Below, piece by piece: positions 9,566 to 17,617 of a DNA stretch of 64,000 nucleotides. Each line of letters opens with the position of its first letter. The first letter of the stretch is position 1. The notes under the pieces were generated by a model. The model was given only the letters and a program-made list of their open reading frames with translations. It searched no databases and was not told the origin of the DNA. Both the position numbers and the translations under genes were made by a program. The DNA comes from an uncultured Acidobacteriaceae bacterium (GTDB lineage: Bacteria; Acidobacteriota; Terriglobia; Terriglobales; Acidobacteriaceae), in assembly GCA_963835125.1 (NCBI GenBank), contig CAWIEG010000011.1:16769-80768 (forward strand), in the 5' to 3' direction.

Positions 9566-10693
9566 ATGGCCCGCGGAAGCAGTACGGCATTCGGGTCAAG
9601 CGGCTCGGCCATCCAGCCTCGATATCTTAAACGTGCGGCGGGACTTTTTCCCGGCCAGCCCGTCCAAACCACCGTGCGCGTTTCCCGGACCGTGCTTTTC
9701 CTGCTTGGGCTGTGGGTTATCGCCTGCTGGGCGGTGCTGCCCGCGTTTGCCCAGAACGACGACATCCACGTCACGCCGCGCGAAACCAAGAAGGCCGACG
9801 CGACGCTGGCCCCCGACATGCCCGGCGTTTCCGTCGATCCCACGCTACGCACGCACACCAAGCCGCTGAAGAAGGATGTGGAACTGGTGCTGGTTCCGGT
9901 GACCATCACCGATCCGATGAACCGGCTGGTAACCGGCCTGGAAAAAGAGAACTTTGCCCTTACCGACAACGGCCAGCCGCAGACGATCCGGCATTTTTCC
10001 AGTGAAGACGCCCCGATTTCTCTGGGGGTAATCTTTGACATAAGCGGCTCGATGGCCGACAAGATCGACAAATCGCGCCAGGCCGTAGTTGAGTTCTTCC
10101 GCACCGCCAATCCGCAGGACGAATTTTTCCTGATCACCTTTTCGGAAAAGCCGGAAGTGCTGGTGGACTTTACCTCTTCCGTCGAAGACATTCAAAATAA
10201 GCTGGTATATGCCACGCCCAAGGGGCGAACGGCTTTGCTGGACGCGATTTATCTTGGCATGAACCGGATGACCAAGGCGCACTATGAACGCAAGGCGCTA
10301 TTGATCATCTCCGACGGCGGCGACAACCATAGCCGCTACACCGAGGGCGAGATCAAGTCCATGGTGCGGGAAGCGGATGTTCAGATCTACGGCATCGGGC
10401 TCTTTGACCGTGACTTTAAGACTCCGGAGGAACGGGAAGGGCCGGCGCTGCTGAGCGATGTTACCGAAGTAACCGGCGGACGGACGTTTGTCATCGATTC
10501 GCCCAACGAATTGGCCGACGTAGCCACTAAGATAGGCATTGAGCTACGCAACCAATATGTCCTCGGATACCGTCCAACCAATCCGGGACGCGATGGCAAG
10601 TGGCGCAAGATCAAAATTAAGCTGAATCCGCCCCGGGGCTTGCCGCCACTGCACGTGTACGCCAAAACTGGATACTATGCACCAACGGAATAA
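9566..10693 (+). CDS. VWA domain-containing secreted protein (acidobacterial VWFA-related type)
   Basis: Signal/TM segment, then FALTDNGQPQTIRHF...ISLGVIFDISGSM (MIDAS DxSxS)...GRTALLDAI...LLIISDGGDN...IYGIG...TGGRTF...LRNQYVLGYRP...YAKTGYYAP. Confidence 0.85.
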   Translation: MARGSSTAFGSSGSAIQPRYLKRAAGLFPGQPVQTTVRVSRTVLFLLGLWVIACWAVLPAFAQNDDIHVTPRETKKADATLAPDMPGVSVDPTLRTHTKPLKKDVELVLVPVTITDPMNRLVTGLEKENFALTDNGQPQTIRHFSSEDAPISLGVIFDISGSMADKIDKSRQAVVEFFRTANPQDEFFLITFSEKPEVLVDFTSSVEDIQNKLVYATPKGRTALLDAIYLGMNRMTKAHYERKALLIISDGGDNHSRYTEGEIKSMVREADVQIYGIGLFDRDFKTPEEREGPALLSDVTEVTGGRTFVIDSPNELADVATKIGIELRNQYVLGYRPTNPGRDGKWRKIKIKLNPPRGLPPLHVYAKTGYYAPTE

Positions 10694-11799
10694 ACGATAC
10701 CTTCTTCTGGCTACTTTGGTTTTGATAGTGGGCACGTGGTTGGCGGCCCAGAATTCCACCCCTCCGGCTCAGCAATCCAGCGGTGCGACGACTGCGCCGC
10801 AACAGTCGGGGAGTGCTCCCACGCAGACGGGAGCTCAGGATCAGTCACAGGAACCTCCGGCCCCCAAGGCTCCCAACCAACCCGGCGACACTGTGCAGCT
10901 ACCGACGCCACAGGGCCAAGCACCTGCTGCGCAGCATGATGATGTCTACATCTTCAAGAAGGAAGTGGACGAAGTCACGCTGCATGCCACCGTGGTCGAC
11001 GATCGCAATCGTCTGATAACCAATCTGACCAAGGGCGATTTCAATGTTCTGGAAGACGGCAAGCCGCAGAAGATAACTCTCGTTTCACAACGAAGATATC
11101 CCGGTAGCGTTGGGCATTGTCATCGACAATTCCGGTTCCATGCGGGAAAAGCGTCCGCAGGTCAACGCGGCCGCCATCAACCTGGTCCGCTCCAGCAATC
11201 CGCAGGACAAGGTTTTCGTGGTCAACTTCAACGAAGAATATTTCCTCGACCAGGACTACACGGGCAGCATTCCCAAGCTGAAGGACGCACTCGAGCGGAT
11301 CGAGTCGCGCGGTGGGACGGCGCTATACGACGCAGTTGTAGCCTCTGCCGATCACCTGAAGAAAAGCGGCGAGCTGGAGAAAAAAGTCCTGTTGGTGGTG
11401 ACCGACGGCGAAGATAACGCCAGCCGCGAGTCGCTGGAGCAGGCCCTCCGGCGCTTGCAGGAGCAGAACGGCCCGACGATTTACACCATCGGCTTGCTGA
11501 GCGAAGAGCACGGCAAGCGGGCGCGGCGTGCCCTGCGCGAGATGGCCGAGGACACCGGCGGCGTCGCATTTTTCCCCAAGGACCTGAGTGAGGTGGAGGC
11601 GATCACCCAACAGATCGCACACGACATCCGCAACCAGTACACCATCGGCTACAAGCCCTCGACGCCGCAAAGTGCGGGCGGCTATCGCACGGTGAAGGTG
11701 GAAGCCCAAGCCAAAGGCTACAAGAAACTTCAAGTGCGCACGCGCAGCGGCTACTATGCAGGCCAGCAGCGGGCGTCAGCCCAGGCCGGCGGACAGTAG
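10677..11799 (+). pseudogene. Second VWA domain protein, paralogous to 9566..10693, one frameshift
   Basis: ORF 10677..11417 gives a signal peptide, a Q/P-rich linker and FNVLEDGKPQKITL. After a shift near 11074-11080, ORF 11110..11799 continues with (SFHNEDIPVAL)GIVIDNSGSM...GGTALYDAV...LLVVTDGEDN...IYTIGL...TGGVAFF...IRNQYTIGYKP...RSGYYAG. Confidence 0.8.
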
Positions 11800-11849
11800 C
11801 GGCAGCGAGGATCACCCTTAGCCGCTAAGGCGCATTCGAAGTTTTCCCG

Positions 11850-13709
11850 ATGCAACGACTGGCCGAGCTGTGCGAGCGCATCGCCGGAACCACCAAGAAG
11901 ACCGAGAAGGTCGCGCTTCTGGCCGAGTACTTTCGTTCGCGCGAGTTGCCAGACGCGGCGATTTCCGCGGTCTTTCTTTCCGGACGCGCCTTTCCCGCAT
12001 TCGACGAGCGCACGCTGCAAATCGGCGGATCGCTGTTGTGGAAGCTGGTGGTCGAGCTTGCGGCAGCACAAAACGCAGGCGCCGAATCAGAACAGCAGAT
12101 CCCTCGCCGGTTAAAACCGGCTCGTGATGACAAGAAAAAAGAGCTTGAACGCGGCGCTGAAGCGCCGCTCTACCTGAGTGCGACATCTGCGCTGGACGCG
12201 GCTTATCGCCAGCGCGGCGATCTGGGCGCGGCCGCCTATGATGTCCTCCTGGCGAAAGCGCCGGCCTCGCCGACCATCACCCTGCGGGACGTTCGCGCGA
12301 CGTTCGACCAGATCGCCGAGACCCGCACCGCGACCGCGAAGGCCGCCGTCCTTAAGGCGCTGCTGGAACGCGCGACCGCACTCGAAGCCAAGTACATCCT
12401 GAAGATCATTACCGGCGAGCTGCGCATTGGCCTGAAAGAAAGCCTCGTGGAGGAGGCGATCGCCAAGGCCTACGACGAACCTATCGGCCGCGTGCAGCGC
12501 GCCAACATGCTGCTGGGCGATATCGGCAAGACGTTGCAACTGGCGGCCAAGCACCGTCTGGACGAAGCGCGCATGAGGTTGTTTCATCCCATCGGCTTCA
12601 TGCTGGCGAGTCCCGCGGCAGACGCGGAGGAGGCGTTTCAGTATTTCGAGCACGCGCTGGTGGAGGACAAATACGACGGCATTCGCGCCCAGGCGCACTG
12701 CGGCGGCGGACAGGTGCGGCTGTTCTCGCGAACGCTCGACGAGCTGACGCCGTCCTTTCCGGAGCTGGTAGGGCCGTTGAGCGAGTTTGCCGGCGAGGTG
12801 GTGCTTGACGGCGAGATCGTCGCCTGGCGCGATAACCAGAATGGCGGGCGCGGGGTCCCCGGCGCGCCTGCGGTTAGGCCGATGGGGTGGGGGCACGCGA
12901 TGCCTTTCGGCGAACTCCAGAAGCGCCACGGTCGCAAACAGATCAGCAACCAACTGATCGCCGAAGTGCCGGTCGCCTATGTCGTTTTCGACGTGATTTA
13001 TGCGGGCGGCGAACTCATGCTCGACAGGCCGCTTTCAGACCGCGCTCGGGTCCTGGACCGCGTGTTTGCTGGCGCGAATCGGATCGCGCCTCGTGCCGCG
13101 GTCAACCCGCAAGGCAAGCTGTTCGACTCGCCGATGGACGAAGCCGTGTCGGGATGGGTGTTGCGCGCGCTGTCGCTGCGAGCGGACTCGGCGGAGCAAC
13201 TCGAGCGTTACTTCGAGCAGGCGATGGCTCGCGGCAACGAAGGCCTGATGATCAAGGACCTCGAGTCGCCCTACATGCCGGGACGGCGTGGCCGGTGGTG
13301 GCTGAAGCTGAAGCGCGAACTGGCGACGCTGGACGTCGTGGTCACCGCCGCAGAATTCGGACACGGCAAGCGCATCCACGTGCTTAGCGATTACACCTTC
13401 GCAGTGCGCCAGGGCGAGGAACTGGTCAATATCGGCAAGGCGTATTCAGGCTTGACGGACAAGGAAATTGCCGAGTTGACCGAGTGGTTTCTGGCGCACA
13501 CCACGGCCGATCACGGGCATCTGCGCGAGGTGGAACCGAGAATTGTGCTGGAGGTGGCGTTCAATGCCATCATGCGCTCCGACCGGCACGATAGCGGGTT
13601 TGCCCTGCGATTTCCCCGCATCGTGCGCGTGCGGCAAGACAAGCTGCCGGAAGATATCGACACCGTGGAGGCGGTGGAGCAGATATACAGGCGGCAGCAT
13701 GGAAGATGA
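11850..13709 (+). CDS. ATP-dependent DNA ligase (Lig1/Cdc9-like, with N-terminal DNA-binding domain)
   Basis: EDKYDGIRAQAH (adenylation Lys motif), LDGEIVAW, EGLMIKD, WLKLKRE, and an OB-fold C-terminus ...LRFPRIVRVRQDK. Intact ORF of 619 aa, longer than usual because of internal repeat-derived segments. Confidence 0.9.
   Translation: MQRLAELCERIAGTTKKTEKVALLAEYFRSRELPDAAISAVFLSGRAFPAFDERTLQIGGSLLWKLVVELAAAQNAGAESEQQIPRRLKPARDDKKKELERGAEAPLYLSATSALDAAYRQRGDLGAAAYDVLLAKAPASPTITLRDVRATFDQIAETRTATAKAAVLKALLERATALEAKYILKIITGELRIGLKESLVEEAIAKAYDEPIGRVQRANMLLGDIGKTLQLAAKHRLDEARMRLFHPIGFMLASPAADAEEAFQYFEHALVEDKYDGIRAQAHCGGGQVRLFSRTLDELTPSFPELVGPLSEFAGEVVLDGEIVAWRDNQNGGRGVPGAPAVRPMGWGHAMPFGELQKRHGRKQISNQLIAEVPVAYVVFDVIYAGGELMLDRPLSDRARVLDRVFAGANRIAPRAAVNPQGKLFDSPMDEAVSGWVLRALSLRADSAEQLERYFEQAMARGNEGLMIKDLESPYMPGRRGRWWLKLKRELATLDVVVTAAEFGHGKRIHVLSDYTFAVRQGEELVNIGKAYSGLTDKEIAELTEWFLAHTTADHGHLREVEPRIVLEVAFNAIMRSDRHDSGFALRFPRIVRVRQDKLPEDIDTVEAVEQIYRRQHGR
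12098..12173. repeat. Composite REP insertion inside the ligase ORF (family 1 copy 12098-12133 plus family 2 copy 12144-12173)
   Basis: gatccctcgccggttaaaaccggctcgtgatgacaa followed by cttgaacgcggcgctgaagcgccgctctac. Translated in frame as IPRRLKPARDDKKKELERGAEAPLY. Confidence 0.7.
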
Positions 13710-13811
13710 AGCGGCTGTCAGCCATCAGGTCTAAGATGACCATCTCGAGAAGTCCGCTCGGAAGCCGAAGCCGCAGCCTTCCGAGCAGGACGTCAAAAGG
13801 GCCGAAGCTTT

Positions 13812-13860
13812 AGCTGAAAGCTGACGGCTGAAAGCCGATAGCTGATAGCTGATAGCTCTA
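13812..13860. repeat. Heptad array, AGCTGAN type
   Basis: agctgaa agctgac ggctgaa agccgat agctgat agctgat agctcta, between the ligase stop and the HTH gene stop. Confidence 0.7.
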
Positions 13861-14079
13861 CGCCTCGCTCGATTCGTACTGAAACACTTCTTCCAGCGGC
13901 ACGCCGAAGGCATGAGCGATTCGAAACGCGACATCCAGAGATGGCGAATACTTGTCGCCCTCAATGGCGATGACCGTTTGCCGGGTGACGCCGACCTTCT
14001 CCGCCAGCTCCTGCTGCGTCATCTCCGACGCATTGAAGCGCAGCTTGCGGACATTGTTGGTGATCCGTCCCTTCGCCAT
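13858..14079 (-). CDS. XRE-family helix-turn-helix transcriptional regulator
   Basis: MAKGRITNNVRKLRFNASEMTQQELAEKVGVTRQTVIAIEGDKYSPSLDVAFRIAHAFGVPLEEVF. ATG at 14079 lies 1 nt after the upstream gene's stop. Confidence 0.85.
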   Translation of the reverse strand: MAKGRITNNVRKLRFNASEMTQQELAEKVGVTRQTVIAIEGDKYSPSLDVAFRIAHAFGVPLEEVFQYESSEA

Positions 14080-14080
14080 G

Positions 14081-14533
14081 TCAGAAGCCCTTCCGGTAAT
14101 AGAGCAGCTGAGTGGCAAACTTCATCAGCTCGGCCAGCACCATGAACAGCAGCATGGAGTTCACCAGGAGGAACGGGGTGGCCACGATCCGCGTGGGAGC
14201 GGCATCTCGCACCAGCGACGCCACGACGACATAGCCAATCACCAGCGCGGCCCCGGTCGCCACAACAAAGTAGGCGTTCCGGTATGCCTTGCCCTCGATC
14301 AGGAGATCGCGCTCGTCCTTGGGTTCAGGCTTGGATTCGATGGCCAGAATGATGTGGTACACGATTTCGATCGCGATGATGGCGATCACGGTGAACATCA
14401 GGCGCCCAATGCTGGCGCCGTCAAATGCCGCGTGGTCGACGTGCTGTAAGGCGTTCGCGAAGTAGTATCCGTAGACGATGACCATGGCCAGCAGCGATCC
14501 GAGTATGCTTTTTTCCTGATAGGACAGATCCAT
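14081..14533 (-). CDS. Small integral membrane protein (DUF2178-like), upstream partner of the XRE regulator
   Basis: 150 aa with four hydrophobic segments. Tightly coupled to the HTH gene, an arrangement I recall as common for DUF2178 proteins. Confidence 0.6.
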   Translation of the reverse strand: MDLSYQEKSILGSLLAMVIVYGYYFANALQHVDHAAFDGASIGRLMFTVIAIIAIEIVYHIILAIESKPEPKDERDLLIEGKAYRNAYFVVATGAALVIGYVVVASLVRDAAPTRIVATPFLLVNSMLLFMVLAELMKFATQLLYYRKGF

Positions 14534-14690
14534 GATGACTTTTCTCCTTGGATGTAATGCCTGACGGACAAAATGTAAGTTAATTAGTACTTAATGTCAA
14601 GTTTATTTTACATATACCTGTGGGAAACCTTCGTTCCCCAGAGCTGGCGTAAGATAAGCCTCTGATTTCAGAGAGGATAATCGGCTTACT

Positions 14691-15878
14691 GTGATGCAGA
14701 CGATTGTGGTGAATCAGCGGGGTGCGGCGCGTTTGCGGGGTGGACATCTATGGATATACCGCTCCGACCTGGTGTCGGCAGAGGCCCCGGCTGGCGCGCT
14801 GGTCGAGGTACGGGATGAGCGCGGCAAAGGGCTCGGAACGGCGCTCTATAGCAGCGCGTCGCAGATTGCCATCCGGCTGCTGAGCGCTGAGGACATTACC
14901 GAAGACGCGCTGCCCGGACTTCTACGGGCGCGCATCGCCAGCGCCGTCGAGTTTCGCCGGCAGACCGCGCGCGACACCGATTCCTACCGTGTCATCTTCA
15001 GCGAAGCCGATCTGCTGCCTGGCCTGATCGTCGACAAGTACAACGACGTCGTCGCAATGCAGGCGCTGACGCAGGCGTTTGATCGCGACGATCTGCGCCA
15101 AGTGGTGCTGGAGAAGTTGGCCGAACATTTCCCCGATGCCAGCCTGGTCGAGCGCGTGGACCCGCACATTCGCAAGCTTGAGGAGTTGCCGGCGCGCGAT
15201 TCGCAACTGCAGCGGGGCGACCGGTCGAGCACCGTCTTCACGCTGAACGGCGTGCGTTTTCATTACGACGCGCTCAGCGGGCAGAAGACCGGCGCCTTTC
15301 TCGACCAGCGCGAAAACTACGCGGCCGCGGCGCGGTACGCTCACGGTGAGGCGCTGGATGTCTTCACCTATCAGGGTGGTTTTGCGCTGCATCTGGCGCG
15401 GGTGTGCCAGAGCGTTGCCGCAGTTGATTCTTCGCGCCCGGCGCTCGAAGTCGCCGAGCAGAACGAGCAACTCAATCGCGCCCAACATCGTTGCGGTGAG
15501 ATCGAATGGATTGAAGCCAACGCCTTTGACCTGCTAAAAGACTATGCAACGGCCGGACGGCAGTACGACACCATCGTCCTGGATCCGCCGGCCTTCGCCA
15601 AAACCAAGCGCGCCGTGCCGACGGCGTTGCGCGGCTACAAGGAGCTGAACCTGCGGGCGTTGAAGATGCTTCGTCCTGGAGGCATTCTGGTCACGTGCTC
15701 CTGCTCGTTTCACGTCAGCGAAGCGGAGTTTCTGGAGATGCTAGGGACTGCGGCGGCCGACGTAGGCCGCCGAATCCGCGTACTGGAAAAGCGTGGGGCG
15801 TCGCGCGACCATCCCGTCCTGCTGAATGTTCCGGAAACGGCTTACCTGAAGTGCGTAATCTGCCAGGCGGAACCCTAA
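14691..15878 (+). CDS. Class I SAM-dependent rRNA methyltransferase (RlmI/YccW-like, PUA-like N-terminus)
   Basis: GHLWIYRSDL...YRVIFSEADLLPGLIVDKY...QKTGAFLDQREN...VLDVFTYQGGFAL...DPPAFAK...GYKELN...GGILVTCSCS. Confidence 0.85.
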   Translation: MMQTIVVNQRGAARLRGGHLWIYRSDLVSAEAPAGALVEVRDERGKGLGTALYSSASQIAIRLLSAEDITEDALPGLLRARIASAVEFRRQTARDTDSYRVIFSEADLLPGLIVDKYNDVVAMQALTQAFDRDDLRQVVLEKLAEHFPDASLVERVDPHIRKLEELPARDSQLQRGDRSSTVFTLNGVRFHYDALSGQKTGAFLDQRENYAAAARYAHGEALDVFTYQGGFALHLARVCQSVAAVDSSRPALEVAEQNEQLNRAQHRCGEIEWIEANAFDLLKDYATAGRQYDTIVLDPPAFAKTKRAVPTALRGYKELNLRALKMLRPGGILVTCSCSFHVSEAEFLEMLGTAAADVGRRIRVLEKRGASRDHPVLLNVPETAYLKCVICQAEP

Positions 15879-15916
15879 ACCGCCCACGCCTGTCGGACAG
15901 CCGTCGCGAGCGGCCT

Positions 15917-15948
15917 AAAAACACAAAACCCAGCCGCTTTCGGCTGGG
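15917..15948 (-). terminator. Hairpin with a U-tract on the minus strand (possible bidirectional terminator)
   Basis: cccagccg-ctttc-ggctggg at 15929-15948, preceded on the plus strand by aaaaacacaaaa. That run gives a U-rich tail only for a leftward transcript. Confidence 0.4.
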
Positions 15949-16329
15949 GCAGCTGAGGATCTCTCAACTTCAGTTCTAATCTCATTGTATCACGCTGGAG
16001 GGGGATTTGTTCCGCGTTTGTCGAACTTATATCTGCCGCAGAATCATGGGATTGCGGCTTATTGTTGCGTTTCTAAGTATTGACATATAAGAGTTACCTG
16101 CCTGCCTTGTAGAGTAAATGTAAATTCCTATTAAGTCATTTTATATAAGTAACATACTAACTATTACAAAGTAGGATAGTCCAGTCCGTCAATAACTTTA
16201 CAATAGTTTACTCATATTTCATGATTCTATTACGCTGATATGAGCGTCTAATTACCAGCGAGCAGGAACGTACAGACCCACGTGCCTTGCGAACCGCAAA
16301 CTAGTTATTGAGTGGAGGAGAAACGAATC

Positions 16330-16836
16330 ATGACTGTTTTGACCCGCTGGGCTCCTTACCGTGAACTGAGTGCTTTGCAGAATCGTATGAGCCGGCTGTT
16401 CGACGAGCAGTACGCTGGTCGCGAGGAATCGCTGACCGCTGGGGCGTTCGTGCCCGCAGTCGATATCTACGAGGACGAGCACAGCATCCAGTTGAAGTTG
16501 GAAGTGCCCGGCATCGACGAAAAAGACCTTGACATCAAGGTCGAGAACAACACCCTGACTGTCAGCGGCGAGCGCAAACTCGAAGTGGAAGAGAAGGAAG
16601 AGAACTTCCACCGCGTGGAGCGCCGTTACGGCAGCTTTACTCGCTCGTTTACCTTGCCGAGCACGGTCTCGACCGACGACATCCAGGCTGACTACGATCA
16701 CGGCGTGCTGAAGATCCGCTTGGCGAAGCGGGCCGAAGCCAAGCCGAAGCAGATCAAGGTCACCGTCGGCGGCCAGAAGACTGTCGAAGGCAAGAAAGTT
16801 GAAGGTCAGGCGCAGAGCAAGACGCAGGCCGCCTGA
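16330..16836 (+). CDS. Hsp20/alpha-crystallin family small heat-shock protein
   Basis: PAVDIYEDEHSIQLKLEVPGIDEKDLDIKVENNTLTVSGERK...ERRYGSFTRSFTLP...ADYDHGVLKIRL. ATG at 16330 with GGAGGAG upstream. Confidence 0.9.
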   Translation: MTVLTRWAPYRELSALQNRMSRLFDEQYAGREESLTAGAFVPAVDIYEDEHSIQLKLEVPGIDEKDLDIKVENNTLTVSGERKLEVEEKEENFHRVERRYGSFTRSFTLPSTVSTDDIQADYDHGVLKIRLAKRAEAKPKQIKVTVGGQKTVEGKKVEGQAQSKTQAA

Positions 16837-16895
16837 CGCAAGTTTCGCCCCTCGGGGAGAGTTTTTCTGGAGGGAGACGAACTGGGGAGTTCAAG

Positions 16896-16930
16896 GGGAG
16901 GCGGGTGTAAATCCACCTCCCTTTTGTTTA
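16896..16930 (+). terminator. Putative intrinsic terminator of hsp20
   Basis: gggaggcgg...ccacctccc stem with one mismatch, followed by ttttgttt. Confidence 0.45.
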
Positions 16931-16971
16931 CCAAAGGGAACTCTCCGGGGGGCGAGAGCTAGAAGACATTC

Positions 16972-17027
16972 GTCAGTGGCCAGTTGTCAGCTGTCGGCCG
17001 TCAGCCGCCAGTGCTCAGCCGTCGGCA
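16972..17027. repeat. Heptad array, GTCAGCN type (8 units)
   Basis: gtcagtg gccagtt gtcagct gtcggcc gtcagcc gccagtg ctcagcc gtcggca. Confidence 0.7.
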
Positions 17028-17191
17028 AACCTGGCGAGCGGGCGACTTAATTTTGGGACGCGCGGGCGTTTAGAAACATTCGCAAAGTGCGAAATCTGTC
17101 GCATTCGGCCGGAACGAACTAGCGCCTTTGGATTTTTTTCTCCGGAACGGGATGCTTGTTTTCGGCTGGAGCTGCGCATGGCAAGGGTCAA

Positions 17192-17283
17192 GCGCCGGCT
17201 GGCGCGGCGTTAGCTTGGCCCAGGACGAAGCGTAGCGCAGTCCTGGGCAGGCGGAAAAAGACTCCGAGTCCCGCTAGGGACGG
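17192..17283. repeat. Tripartite REP-like element, family 3
   Basis: gcgccggctggcgcggcg, then gcccaggac...gtcctgggc hairpin, then ccgagtcccgctagggacgg. The same three-part layout occurs at 28128-28218. Confidence 0.7.
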
Positions 17284-17425
17284 CGGAAGTCAGCAGTCGA
17301 TCGTGGCCAGTGGAATCTTCCTGGCCGAAGAGGGAGGCACAGGGACCAGCCTCGATTCGTGGTTTTTTTGCGAGCCGCAACGTGCTCCCGCGAATCAAAA
17401 CCACTGGCCACGATCCGCTGAAAAG

Positions 17426-17612
17426 CAGTTGTCAGTTGCCGGTTGTCAGTTGTCAGTTTCTTCCGACGACTGGTGAGCGGCAATTGCCGCGTTTAGCATG
17501 ACTGTAGGGACCGTCTGCGCAAGGTTAACTTGAGCGGAGTTGGGGCTGCGATTTCCGTTGGCAGCGCCAGCCCTTTACCGACAACTGACAACTGATAACT
17601 GACAACTGAGGT
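17426..17612. repeat. Inverted pair of CAGTTGT heptad arrays flanking about 115 nt, directly upstream of clpB
   Basis: Arm 17426-17460: cagttgt cagttgc cggttgt cagttgt cagtttc. Arm 17578-17612: ccgacaa ctgacaa ctgataa ctgacaa ctgaggt. The last unit contains the clpB GAGG Shine-Dalgarno. Confidence 0.75.
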
Positions 17613-17617
17613 ACGAC

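Noticed and set aside
14540-14690. AT-rich divergent promoter region with the imperfect palindrome TTAATTAGTACTTAA as a defined operator of the XRE regulator.
   Set aside because: It is plausible but rests on a single weak palindrome. There is not enough support to annotate it as a regulatory site.
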